Origin: Armatimonadota bacterium
Lineage (GTDB): Bacteria > Armatimonadota > SYMT01
Length of the DNA: 64,000 nucleotides
Assembly: GCA_046292385.1 (NCBI GenBank)
Contig: JBKBRF010000009.1
Span: 93,840 to 157,839 of the forward strand
Direction of reading: 5' to 3'
Both the position numbers and the translations under genes were made by a program. Below are positions 49,601 through 58,700 of the stretch, piece after piece (the stretch's first letter is position 1; every line of letters starts with the position of its first letter). Below the pieces are notes generated by a model that ran no database searches, was not told where the DNA came from, and was given only the letters and a program-made list of their open reading frames with translations.

Positions 49601-50921
49601 AGAGCGCATGGTTCACTTTCAGATAGAGGCCATCCAGACCGACCAGGGCCATGCCAATCGGCGCGCGCTCCATCGCCGCCCGGAAGCGGGCCTCGCTCTC
49701 GCGGAGGGCGTCCTCCGTCTCCTTCAACACCGAGATATCGGTCGAAGTGCCGATCCACTCCCGGACGGCCCCGTCCGGATCGCGCAGCGGCAACCCGCGC
49801 GCGAGAAACCAGCGGTAGACGCCGTCGTGTCGCCGAAACCGAAGCTCGGTCTCGAATACCTCGCCGGTCCGGTTAGAGGCTTTCCAGAGCGCCGGCATCT
49901 TCGGGAGATCGGTGGGATGGATCACGGCGCCCCAGCCGCGCTCGTTCAGCTCCTCCAGGGCGACGCCGGTAAACTCCAGCCACTTCCGGTTCAGATACTG
50001 GACCTGCCCGTCCGGGTCGCACGACCAGACGATGTGGGGAATCGCGTCGCTCAAGGTGCGGTAGCGCCGCTCCGCGTCCCGAATCGCTTGCTCGTCCCGC
50101 TGCTGCTGGGTCACGTCCTGGATCAGCACCACCGCGCCGTGAGGACCGCCATCCCGTCCCCGAAGCGGTACCGCGGAATGCCGGACCACCTTTCGGTCGC
50201 CCTCGAAGCTCTCGATCTCCAGGACTTCGTCCAGGCACGCCTCGCCGTTCAGCACCGCGCGCGCCGCCGCCCACTGCTCCGGCCGGATCGATTCCCGGCT
50301 CTCCGGAAACCAGCCCCGGTAGAGCCCGAAATCTTCAATCCCTACATACTCCGCGCCCGCCCAGATCCCTTGCCCGGCCGGGTTTACGTAGACGATGCGG
50401 CCCGTTTCGTCCAGCAGCGCGATGCCGGCCGGCAGCGCCTCCAGCGCCCAGCCGCACCGTTCCGCAGCCCGGAGATCCCGGTCTTCCCGGCGTCCTCGGG
50501 AGATCTCCCGCAGGGCGCAGACTGCCACGCCGGGATCCGCCGGCTCCAACAAGCTGACGACGATCTCCACCGTGACAGTCTCGTCGTCCGAAAGCGAGAG
50601 ATCCAGCTCTATCGGCTGGGGGCGGTGGGAGGCGACACCGTCAAAGCAGCGGCGCAGGTACTCCCGCCACCGCTCCCACGAGCGCGCGGAAAACGGCGGC
50701 CGGAAGTCGCCGGTGGCCGCGGGATCCCCGTCGGACCATCCCAGCAGCTCCCTCGCCAGCCGGTTGGCGAACAGAACGCGCCCGGTACGGTCGACGCCGA
50801 TCATCGCCGACGGAGCCGCCTCGAAGAGCTGGCGCCAGTCGGGCGCCGGAGCCGGCGACGAGGCTCTGCCCTCGGGCCCGGTGAGGGTGGACTCCGTGCC
50901 GCTCGATTCGTGTACCGTCAT
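46575..50921 (-). CDS. Cytoplasmic multi-sensor histidine kinase (about 8 PAS, GAF, HisKA_2, HATPase)
   Basis: Repeated PAS/PAC motifs (HPED, DITERK), GAF (PLL....LGTL), EAHHRIKNNLQ, NELISNAAKHA and DDGPGLP. Confidence 0.95.
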   Translation of the reverse strand: MTVHESSGTESTLTGPEGRASSPAPAPDWRQLFEAAPSAMIGVDRTGRVLFANRLARELLGWSDGDPAATGDFRPPFSARSWERWREYLRRCFDGVASHRPQPIELDLSLSDDETVTVEIVVSLLEPADPGVAVCALREISRGRREDRDLRAAERCGWALEALPAGIALLDETGRIVYVNPAGQGIWAGAEYVGIEDFGLYRGWFPESRESIRPEQWAAARAVLNGEACLDEVLEIESFEGDRKVVRHSAVPLRGRDGGPHGAVVLIQDVTQQQRDEQAIRDAERRYRTLSDAIPHIVWSCDPDGQVQYLNRKWLEFTGVALEELNERGWGAVIHPTDLPKMPALWKASNRTGEVFETELRFRRHDGVYRWFLARGLPLRDPDGAVREWIGTSTDISVLKETEDALRESEARFRAAMERAPIGMALVGLDGLYLKVNHALCELTGYSEAELTRMTFQSITHPEDLERDTERLEQLLSGVIRTYETEKRYLRRDGSLLWILLTTTLVRGDDGAPLYFVSQMLDITERKRSTETLARSEAEYRAIFELAAVGVTETEPQTGRFLRVNRRFCEITGYEQDELLSMSLLDLTHPEDRYRTEENLRAVAEGRSDQWILEKRCVRKDGNTIWVRLDGTLLRDAEGRPYRRITMVQDISDRKRAEQALQEAHALQEAILNAADYAIVSTDERGIFRSFNRGAERMLGYTAAEIVGKEGVDRVLEAEELRRWGEDRLHRREFTPEERFRKALEDLAAGEEIEREWTAIRKDGSRFPVLISLTALRDVEGAVCGMVGIARDITRRKRAELRLQQQARLLDLAHDAIVVRDLSGRIAYWNSGAERTYGFSKAEVLGRSMAELVGMPPEVMEAISAELQRRGAWEGELVQRTRTGEQLIVASRHVLQTGEDGVPAAVLEINRDVTWQKQAEEERARQSLRWLLLSEAAGELLETEDPVQVVRSLFERVSTHAGVDSFIYLVAQEEGQALALCSYAGLEGTGLEEYFSTQFWDSICGRAAQLRAPQYASDLQERSDTATNVLREHGVRAFCSYPLLAGDRLLGTLSFGSHSRREFDADELTLFASISHYLAIAMERARLLASERRQTRLFRTVLQALPVGVWLADPNGRILMGNPEAHRIWGGSADFDIQAYFPRHGWWADTGQSIRPEEWASARAARYGEVRLNELIVIEAADGTRKTIRNSAIPVRDEDGEAYGVVVLNEDVTDEKRAAAERERLLQSEQQKSEQLELAIREAHHRIKNNLQAITDLLSLELFSARTREVADPLRESMERVQAIALVHDLLSRDEDVETVDIRHLAQRLIPTVLQSNGINLGQAQVQTEIPSLCLPSRQATALALILNELISNAAKHALKGRNGRLEVRVLEEDEDVLLVVQDDGPGLPAGFELDRHGNVGLGVVQALIQSNMSGRMRMLNQAGLRVELRFPRRDKERAGGERADTDL

Positions 50922-51339
50922 CCGCTACTCCACTCACGACGGAGCGATGCGCGCCGGTGTCTCGGCGCCCGCTCGTCGACTCGTTCTGGGTTGATCCACG
51001 CGTGCCGGGGTGGCCGCGCGGATCGTTGCGCGCGCAGGAGAAGCGCCCCACGCGTGTACTCTCTTTGACAGGGACGCGATGACCGGCCCCGCAAACCGCA
51101 CCGTTCTTCCGGCAGTGCTCCTGGGAGAAACCCGGAGTGCTCTGCCTCCGAGCCGCCGCGCCGCGCGTCCCGGCGGCTGATCCGGCTCCGCCTGGAGAAC
51201 CGGGCTAGAGAATCCAACCCGCGCAGAGAAGCCGCCTTCCGCCTGGCTTCAGCATGCCCTGCCCTATCGGCGCCGACGCGAAAAAGCCCCCCGGATCGAA
51301 CGGGAGGCTCGGAGCGCGGAACCAGAGGACGCAGCAGGA

Positions 51340-51552
51340 CTATTCGTTCGGAGGGCACGCGTTCGCGCGCGCGGAGGAGCAGACGGGACACTCCACCTCC
51401 GGAATCCGCCCCACATAACGGATCGAGACCAGCTCGTCATCCGGAAGGCTAAAGCGCGCGGCGCAGAAGGCACAGACGAATACGCGAGGCGGGCTCGGTC
51501 GCTCTCCGCTGCAGTCTCGGGGCACGAATGATTTTGCGGTGCGCGGCGGCAA
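51340..51552 (-). CDS. Possible small zinc-ribbon protein
   Basis: F.CAFC..RF and ECPVC.S CxxC pairs; TTG/GTG start with no clear SD. Confidence 0.35.
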   Translation of the reverse strand: MPPRTAKSFVPRDCSGERPSPPRVFVCAFCAARFSLPDDELVSIRYVGRIPEVECPVCSSARANACPPNE

Positions 51553-51768
51553 GGTGGATGAGGGGGTGAAAGCTGAGCCGCATTTCGGTCAGCCAGGGGG
51601 ATTGTCGGCCGAATCTCGCGGAAACCAAACTTATTTTGGGCTGCCAAGAGGTGTCAGTTTCTGAACTTCCGTGAAAAATCCCCGCTTTCCACTTTTTTCC
51701 ACTGCACGCCGGCAGCAGCGAGAGGTCTCCGAGGCGCACGAGCGGCGGAAGGACTCCAGTGCCCCTCG

Positions 51769-52170
51769 TCAGGCCTCGCAGTAGCCCGAGCTCTGCTTCT
51801 TGCGAAAAGCAGCGTACGCGGCGTGGATCGCCGGCTCGATCTGGTCATCGGTCACCGGCTTGACCAGGTATCCGGCGGCCCCCGCGGAAAGCGCGTCGCG
51901 CACCATCTGCTGCTCGCCATAGGCGGAGATGATCAGCACGGCCGCGGGACGCACGGCCATGAGCCGGCGGGTCAGCTCCACGCCGTCCAGGTGCGGCATC
52001 TCGATGTCCATCAGCACCAGGTCCGGCTCGGTGCGCTCGGCGATCTCCAGCACCTGCCGTCCATCGGTAGCCACACCGACCACCTCGTGGCCCAGGCGCT
52101 GCAGTGTCGCCCGGTATCGAAGGCAGGTCAGGCCCTCATCCTCACAGATCAGGATGCGCATCCCATTCAT
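51769..52170 (-). CDS. Stand-alone response regulator receiver (PdtaR/NasT-like REC, no ANTAR)
   Basis: ATG 52170 overlaps the kinase stop (ATGA). [19 protein letters not shown] and YLVKP motifs. Confidence 0.9.
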   Translation of the reverse strand: MNGMRILICEDEGLTCLRYRATLQRLGHEVVGVATDGRQVLEIAERTEPDLVLMDIEMPHLDGVELTRRLMAVRPAAVLIISAYGEQQMVRDALSAGAAGYLVKPVTDDQIEPAIHAAYAAFRKKQSSGYCEA

Positions 52171-54464
52171 CTGTCGCCCCCTTCCGCCGTGAGGCGGAGG
52201 TCGACACGGAGGCCGGACCCGGGCGTCAGCGCCAAAGTCCCCTCCAGCGTTCCCTCTACGAGTGTCTGCACTACCTGCAGGCCGACGCCGCCGTGGCGGC
52301 CCAGATCGAAGTCGGCAGGTAGGCCCGGGCCGTCGTCCTCGATGGTGAGGACGAGCCATCCGGGATGGGTCTCGACAGTCCGTATCTCCAGGCGGCCGGA
52401 CCGGCGGCCGGAGAAGGCGTGCTTGGCCGCGTTGTTGATCAGCTCGTTCAGGATCAGCGCGACCGCGGTGGCCTTGCGAGAAGTGAGAAGGTGGGAAGCA
52501 ACGTCCAGCCGGAGCTCGATCTCCACCTCCGCCCGTGCGCTGGCCCGCAGCGCGGCAGGCGCGAGACGCTCGACGATCTGCCGGAGATCGACCAGCTCCA
52601 TCCCACTCTCGCGAGAGAGAAGGTCGTGTACCAGGCTGATCGCCTGGATGCGATCGATGCTGGCCTGCAGCGAAGCCGCACCGGGTACCGATCCCAGGGT
52701 GTGCAGCTCGAGCGAGAGGAGGTCGGTCACCGCCTGCAGGTTGTTCTTGATGCGGTGATGCGCTTCCCGAACCGCGAGCGAGAGCTGCTCGCTGCGGCGC
52801 TCCGCCGCTTCGGTAAGGGTGCGCTCCGCCAGGTGAAGCGCGGTGACGTCGAAGTGCGACACCACCACCCCGCCTCGCTCCAGCGGCAGCGGCGCCGCGC
52901 GCACCAGGAGCCACCGCTCTTCCTCACCGTTGGGGCAGGAGTACTCCATCTGGAATTCGGAGGTCTCACCCCGAAGCACCGACTGCAGCCCCTCGAGCAC
53001 CTCTCCCGCTCTCGCTTCCCCGGCAGCCACGGCCGCGCGACACACCTCGAGGTAGCTGATTCCGGCGCCCGCCCGGGCCGGATCGCCGCCGTTCTCGCGG
53101 CTGAACCGCTCCCAGGCCGGGTTGGTCCGTACGATCCGGCCTTCCCCGTCCAGCACCACGATCTGGGCGGGAAGCGACTCCAGCACCGCCTGGCTGAACC
53201 GCTCGCTGGCGCGCAGCTCCTCACGGCTGCGGCGGTAGTCGGTGATATCGAGGATCTGTCGCACGAAGTGGAGCGGCGCGCCGGCGCTGTCTCGAACCAG
53301 GGAGATGCTGACCTGCCCCCACCGCATGCTCCCGTCGGGCCGCGGGTAGCGCCGCTCCAACGTAACGAGTGTAGCTCGGCCACTCAGCAGCGCCGCTACC
53401 GCCTCGCCCTCCGCGTCCTCGTCCTGCGGGTGCAACAGGTCCAGCACTCGCCGTCCGATCAACTCCCCTTCCGACCGCCCGCTGAAACGGCAAAAGGAGC
53501 GGTTCACCCGCAGCAGGCACCCGTCCAGGTCGACGAGCGACACCGGAATGGGACTCTGCTCGAAGGCGGTGAGGAAGTGTGCCTCACTATTCCGAATCGC
53601 TTCCTGCGCCAGCTTCCAGGCGGTTGCATCGCGCACGGCGCAGACCGCCACCAGGCCGATCGGGGTCTGCAAGGGGCTCAGGCTGATCTCCACCGGGATC
53701 TCCGTTCCATCCCGGCGCAGCACGAACAACTCCTCTCCCGCCCCCATCTGGCGCGGACGCGGGTTCTCGAAATAGCTGGCGATCCGCGCCGCCTGCCCGC
53801 GCCGGAACCGCTCCGGAATCAGCCGCTCCAGCGTCTCCCCCACCAGCTCCGAGCGGTCGTAGCCGAAGAGCCGCTCCGCGTGAGAGTTCACGCGCCGGAC
53901 GCGCTGGTCTCTCCCCAGAATGATCAGGGCATCCGGCACGGCCTCCATCAGGAGTGAGATCTGCGGATCGCTGGGCACCGGAACGGCAGGGTCATCCGGA
54001 AACTGCGGCACGGGGACCCGGTCCGCCCGGTCCAGCGCGGCCGCGGCCTGCTCCAGGAGAGTCGTCCAGACCGCTTCCATCCAGGGTGAAGTACGCCCCC
54101 CCGCCCCGGCCGGACCGCTGCGTGAGCTGGCGCGGTGCACCACCAGCAAGCCGCGTCGGCGGCCCGGGAGAGGCCGGCAGCGAAAACCGTCTCGAGGCCT
54201 CACGCCGAGCCGCTTCCGGAGAGCCGAAGGCTCCGCTTCCGGGCGCGGCAGACCCCCGGCGGGGATCGACGGAGCGCATTCGCCGGCTACTGCCAGCGAG
54301 CGCAGCCGCGCACCTTCCCCCTCCACCAGCAGCAGCGCCGTATCGGCCGCGTCGAGCTCCGTCGCCGCCGCGACGATGACCCGCGCGATCTCCGCTTCGT
54401 CGGTGCTGACCGCCAGAGCGGCGGACGCCCGTGCCAACTTTCGGAACGACTCCTCTGCGAGCAC
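52167..54464 (-). CDS. Cytoplasmic PAS histidine kinase (GAF-like N-terminus, 3 PAS, HisKA_2, HATPase)
   Basis: PAS motifs, EAHHRIKNNLQ, NELINNAAKHAF and DDGPGLP; GTG start. Confidence 0.93.
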   Translation of the reverse strand: MLAEESFRKLARASAALAVSTDEAEIARVIVAAATELDAADTALLLVEGEGARLRSLAVAGECAPSIPAGGLPRPEAEPSALRKRLGVRPRDGFRCRPLPGRRRGLLVVHRASSRSGPAGAGGRTSPWMEAVWTTLLEQAAAALDRADRVPVPQFPDDPAVPVPSDPQISLLMEAVPDALIILGRDQRVRRVNSHAERLFGYDRSELVGETLERLIPERFRRGQAARIASYFENPRPRQMGAGEELFVLRRDGTEIPVEISLSPLQTPIGLVAVCAVRDATAWKLAQEAIRNSEAHFLTAFEQSPIPVSLVDLDGCLLRVNRSFCRFSGRSEGELIGRRVLDLLHPQDEDAEGEAVAALLSGRATLVTLERRYPRPDGSMRWGQVSISLVRDSAGAPLHFVRQILDITDYRRSREELRASERFSQAVLESLPAQIVVLDGEGRIVRTNPAWERFSRENGGDPARAGAGISYLEVCRAAVAAGEARAGEVLEGLQSVLRGETSEFQMEYSCPNGEEERWLLVRAAPLPLERGGVVVSHFDVTALHLAERTLTEAAERRSEQLSLAVREAHHRIKNNLQAVTDLLSLELHTLGSVPGAASLQASIDRIQAISLVHDLLSRESGMELVDLRQIVERLAPAALRASARAEVEIELRLDVASHLLTSRKATAVALILNELINNAAKHAFSGRRSGRLEIRTVETHPGWLVLTIEDDGPGLPADFDLGRHGGVGLQVVQTLVEGTLEGTLALTPGSGLRVDLRLTAEGGDR

Positions 54465-54694
54465 TCTACCTCCGAGCCGCCAGACAGCAGGAACCCCGAT
54501 CGACCGAACGTGTCACATCTCGTCCATTTGTCTACAGCCGGCAACATCTCCTGCATTACGCCCGCGAGCCGGGAGGAAATTGCCGGCGGCGCTCTTCCCC
54601 AGAGCGGACGGGGACGCGGACGTGGTAGTATCTCACTACCCATGCCGTCACCCGCTCCCAGCGGGGGCACTCTCTCGCCAGCTCGAATCCCACC

Positions 54695-55870
54695 ATGTCA
54701 GCCGCTTCGCTCCGCCCCTACGATGCCGTCGAGCTCACCCGCGAGCTCGTGCGCTGCGACACCACCAACCCACCGGGGAACGAGGCGCCGATCATCGCCT
54801 TACTCGATGCCCGCCTGCGGGCCGCGGGCTTCGAGACGGTGGTCGTGCCCTATCCGGTCGGCCCGAACCGCACCCAGCTCGTGGCGCGGCTGCGCGGCTC
54901 CGGTGAGCGGCCGGGACTGCTCTTCAGCGGTCACGTGGACGTGGTGCCGCCGGGGAACGTGCCGTGGACCGTGGAGCCGTTCGGCGGGGAGATCCGGGAC
55001 GGCCGGCTCTACGGGCGCGGCTCCTGCGACATGAAGGGCGGCGTCGCCGCGCTGGTGGTCGCGGCGGCGGCGCTGGCACGCTCGGGACAGGCGCTCCGCG
55101 GCGACCTCGTGGTGGCGGTTACCGCGGACGAAGAGCGGAACTGCCTGGGAGCCGACGCGCTGATCGAGGGAGAAACGGAGCTGCTCTCCGGCCTCGGCGC
55201 GGCGCTGGTGGCGGAGCCGACTTCTCTCTCCCTCTTCATCGCGGAGAAGGGCGCGCTCTGGGTGGAGGTGACGCTGCTCGGGAAGACGGCCCACGGCTCC
55301 ATGCCGCACCTGGGCGCGAACGCCATCGCGGGAATGGCCGACTTCCTGACCCGCTGGGAGCGAGAATTCCGCACCGACGAGCCGTCCCATCCGCTGCTGG
55401 GAACCCCGACGCTGACGGTGGGCGTCATCCAGGGCGGCGTCAAGGCGAACGTGGTTCCGGACCGCTGCACCGCCGAGCTCGACATGCGGACGGTGCCGCC
55501 CCAGAGCCACCCGGAGATCTTCGGCCGAGTCCGCGGCGTGCTGGACCAGGTCTGCGCGGCCCGGCCCGGGCTGCGGTACGAGGCACGGATGCTTTCGGAC
55601 CGCCCGCCGGTCTCCTGTCCCGCCGATAGTGAGCTGGCACGCGCCCTGGCGAGCGCCGTGACGGAGGTAGCCGGGATCGACCCGTCTCCGAAGGGGGTCC
55701 CCTACTGCACCGAGGCGTGCGTCTGGGTTCCGCACCTGGGCGTCGCGGCGGTGATCTGCGGTCCCGGCGACCCGGGCATGGCGCATCAGCCGGACGAGCA
55801 CGTCTCCACGGAAGAGCTGGAGAACGCGGCGCGCGTCTACCTGCGGACGGCGGAGAGCCTGCTCCTGTAG
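54695..55870 (+). CDS. M20 family metallohydrolase (ArgE/DapE-like)
   Basis: SGHVDVVP, YGRGSCDMKGG, ADEE, AEPT, GKTAHGS and AHQPDE motifs. Confidence 0.93.
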   Translation: MSAASLRPYDAVELTRELVRCDTTNPPGNEAPIIALLDARLRAAGFETVVVPYPVGPNRTQLVARLRGSGERPGLLFSGHVDVVPPGNVPWTVEPFGGEIRDGRLYGRGSCDMKGGVAALVVAAAALARSGQALRGDLVVAVTADEERNCLGADALIEGETELLSGLGAALVAEPTSLSLFIAEKGALWVEVTLLGKTAHGSMPHLGANAIAGMADFLTRWEREFRTDEPSHPLLGTPTLTVGVIQGGVKANVVPDRCTAELDMRTVPPQSHPEIFGRVRGVLDQVCAARPGLRYEARMLSDRPPVSCPADSELARALASAVTEVAGIDPSPKGVPYCTEACVWVPHLGVAAVICGPGDPGMAHQPDEHVSTEELENAARVYLRTAESLLL

Positions 55871-56013
55871 CGAGACGCGCCACCAAATCGCTGGAACTCA
55901 TTCCGAACCTGCGCGGTGCCCAGGCCGACTATAGGAAGGTGGCGGGATGATTCCCGCGGCAGTTTCACTCGCCGCAGCCGGCAGCTCTCTCGCCTGCGGA
56001 CCCGGAGAAGCCT

Positions 56014-56694
56014 GTGAAGTGTCTCCATTGCGAAGGCCGCATTGACCGCGACGCCTGGTTCTGCCCCCACTGCAAGCGCTCCGTGAAGGAGGCGCGGCAG
56101 GTGCACCGAGATCGCCGGCTCCTGGCGCTCCTGGGCGGCGCCTGCGCGGCGTCGGCGGTCGCCGGGGCGGTGCTGGCGCTGCGAGCGCTTCCTCCGCGCG
56201 TGCCGTCGAGCGCGGCGCGGCCGGCCGATGCCGCGAGTGTGACGATCGCCGAGGCGCCGGTCGTCCGCATCAGTCCTCGTACCGAAGAGGTCTCCGCCGT
56301 CACTCCGCCGGTGCCGGAGCCGACCGCGCCCGTGCCGATCCGCATGGGGGCGGGCGCGGGCGACCTGTTAGAGCCGGTGGAGACGCCCCAGCCGTTCCTC
56401 GCCGCGCGCGCTCCGGAGCCGGCGGAGGAGCTTGGCACCGGCAGCCTGACCGTCACCACCGACCGCGCGGCGCGCACCTTTGTCTACCTGGACGGCGGGA
56501 AACTGCTCGGGGTCGCCCCGCTGCGGAACGCCGCAGTGCCCGCCGGCCGCCACACGCTGGTCTTCTGGGCGCCGTCGATCCAGGGCCGCGCCAGCCGCAC
56601 GATCCACGTTCCCCGCGGGGGCTCGATCGTGGTGACGGAGGAGATCCGGCAGCAGAGCACCTTCACCGAAGGTGCCACCGACGGCGCCGGTTAG
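56014..56694 (+). CDS. Zinc-ribbon, TM and PEGA-like domain protein
   Basis: N-terminal C..C...FCPHC, one TM, Pro-rich linker and GSLTVTT...VYLDG...G..P...PAG.H.L PEGA-like pattern. Confidence 0.75.
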   Translation: MKCLHCEGRIDRDAWFCPHCKRSVKEARQVHRDRRLLALLGGACAASAVAGAVLALRALPPRVPSSAARPADAASVTIAEAPVVRISPRTEEVSAVTPPVPEPTAPVPIRMGAGAGDLLEPVETPQPFLAARAPEPAEELGTGSLTVTTDRAARTFVYLDGGKLLGVAPLRNAAVPAGRHTLVFWAPSIQGRASRTIHVPRGGSIVVTEEIRQQSTFTEGATDGAG

Positions 56695-57242
56695 GCGCGC
56701 GAAGTCTCGGAGCGCGCCGCCTCGATCCACGCCAGCGCCTCGTCCGCGGGGACTCCCAGCTCCGCGCGGGGGAAGAGATAGTCCCACTCCCCGTACGGCA
56801 GCCCCTCCGCCAGCCAGCGCCGCCGCTCCGGCGGTCCCTGGTGCGTGGCGGCGACCGCTTCCCGGCTGCCGACCTTGAACGCGAGCGCTCCGGTCGGGGT
56901 GATCGCCGCCTCCCGGACGTTCTCCCAGGCCAGGAGGTAGGAGCCGGCAGACCCGTCCACCCGCAGCCCCTCCGGCAGCACGGTGAACCGCTCCGCCGTA
57001 CGGCGAGCGCGCGCGTAGCCGAATGCGGCGAGCGCCAGCACCAGTACGGAGCCGGCAGCCAGCGGGAGCGTCTCCGGAAGGCCGGTGAGGGCGTAGGCAC
57101 TGCCGAGCGGAGTGCCCGGCCGGACGATCAGCCGGGCGAGAGCCGCCGCCGCCGCGATCCCGAGCGCGGCCAGCACGAGGGCACCGCGGGCCGCCTGGGC
57201 AGCGGTGCGGCCGAACTGCCGCGGCGCGGGGTCAGGGCTCAT
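56691..57242 (-). CDS. Hypothetical membrane protein (2 TM plus possible PH-like domain)
   Basis: Two hydrophobic segments followed by F.V..EGL.V.......W..V. Start uncertain. Confidence 0.65.
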   Translation of the reverse strand: MSPDPAPRQFGRTAAQAARGALVLAALGIAAAAALARLIVRPGTPLGSAYALTGLPETLPLAAGSVLVLALAAFGYARARRTAERFTVLPEGLRVDGSAGSYLLAWENVREAAITPTGALAFKVGSREAVAATHQGPPERRRWLAEGLPYGEWDYLFPRAELGVPADEALAWIEAARSETSRA

Positions 57243-57630
57243 ACTCCCCCAGCAGCGCCAGGGTGCCCTCGTCACAGCGCGGGCAGGGCGCGTCTTCGAC
57301 GTCGATCTGCAGCTCCGCGCCGCACTCCGGACACGGGCCGGTCTCCCCGCCCGTGAGGCCCCGCGCCTCCGCCGCCAGGAATGCCTGGACGGGATGCTCC
57401 GCCGGCTCGTCCAGCTCGATCAGCACGTGCGGGCGCAGCTCCCGGCACGCGGGGCACCAGAGACGGCTCCAGAGACCGGCAACTCTTCGCGGCGGCCACT
57501 CGACCAGTCCCTCCGCCGGGTACTCGAAGTCGACGCGCGTGCCGTCCGCCTCCCGGCGGAACTCGCGGGAGAGGACGATCTCCAGATCGAACCGGCAGCG
57601 TCGGCACTCGTAGACGTAGACGTAAGGCAT
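57232..57630 (-). CDS. Hypothetical Cys-rich protein with four CxxC motifs
   Basis: YECRRC, WCPAC, CPECG and CPRC. Confidence 0.75.
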   Translation of the reverse strand: MPYVYVYECRRCRFDLEIVLSREFRREADGTRVDFEYPAEGLVEWPPRRVAGLWSRLWCPACRELRPHVLIELDEPAEHPVQAFLAAEARGLTGGETGPCPECGAELQIDVEDAPCPRCDEGTLALLGEYEP

Positions 57631-57730
57631 CGGAAGGCGAGTCGCGGATAGGCTCTTCGGCGCGCGCGTATTATAACAGAGGGGAGTCCGGGAGCAGCCC
57701 GGCACCGTCGTTCTACTCTGGAGGAATCCG

Positions 57731-58651
57731 TTGGCGTCTGAACCGTTGGCGATCGGAGTGGACCTGGGCGGCACGAACCTGCGTTGGGCCGTGATTGATA
57801 ACGCGGGCACGCGTCTCTACCAGGACCGCGTGCCCCGTCCGCCCTCCGAGCGCGAGATCGTGGAGGCGATCCGCGCCGCCATCACGCAGTGCCGGGAGCG
57901 CTTTCCCCAGGTGATCGGCGCCGGCGTGGCGGTGCCCGGCATCGTGACCCAGGAGGGCATCACCTCCACCAACCTGGACTGGAACCGCGTCCCGCTGGCG
58001 GAGCGGCTGGGCGAGCTGCCGGTGCCCGTAACGGTGCTGAACGACATGGCGGCCGGCGCGATCGGAGAGCTGCACTGCGGGCGCGCGCGCGGGTTCAGCA
58101 ACCTGATCTTCCTCACTGTCTCCACCGGCATCGGCGCCGGGATCATCCTGGACGGAGAGGTCTACCGCGGAGCCAACGGCCTGGCAGGGGAGGTGGGGCA
58201 CACCGTCGTCGACCTGAACGGCCTCCTTTGCGGCTGCGGTCGCCGCGGCTGCTGGGAGATGATCGCCTCCGGCACCGCCCACGGGCGGCGCATCCGGGAG
58301 GCGTTCACCAGCGGCACCTGGCCGAACCTCGATCACGAGCCGTCCCCGGCGGAGGTGACGGAGCGCGCCCGCGCCGGCGACCGCGCCGCGCGGGCCCTCG
58401 TGCTGCGGACGGCGCGCTACGTCGGCATCGGCGTCTCCAACCTCGCCAACCTTTACGACCCGGAAGCGGTCGTCTTCACCGGCGGCTTCGCGCGCAACAA
58501 CTGGGACATCATCTACAGCTACCTCCTGAACGAGGTGCGGGAGCAGGCGTTCAGCCAGAACGTGCAGCTTCTGCTCACCGAGCTCGGAGACGACGCCGGG
58601 CTGGTGGGCGCCGGCGCCATCGTGCTGCGGCGAGCCGCCCGGGACGCGTAG
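57731..58651 (+). CDS. ROK family sugar kinase (glucokinase-like)
   Basis: IGVDLGGT, LND, TGIGAG and GEVGH...CGCGRRGCWE motifs; GGAGG SD before the TTG start. Confidence 0.93.
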   Translation: MASEPLAIGVDLGGTNLRWAVIDNAGTRLYQDRVPRPPSEREIVEAIRAAITQCRERFPQVIGAGVAVPGIVTQEGITSTNLDWNRVPLAERLGELPVPVTVLNDMAAGAIGELHCGRARGFSNLIFLTVSTGIGAGIILDGEVYRGANGLAGEVGHTVVDLNGLLCGCGRRGCWEMIASGTAHGRRIREAFTSGTWPNLDHEPSPAEVTERARAGDRAARALVLRTARYVGIGVSNLANLYDPEAVVFTGGFARNNWDIIYSYLLNEVREQAFSQNVQLLLTELGDDAGLVGAGAIVLRRAARDA

Positions 58652-58700
58652 TGGGGGTCTCCCGCGAGCTGAAGCGGGAGACCGATGCACAACTCCCGCT

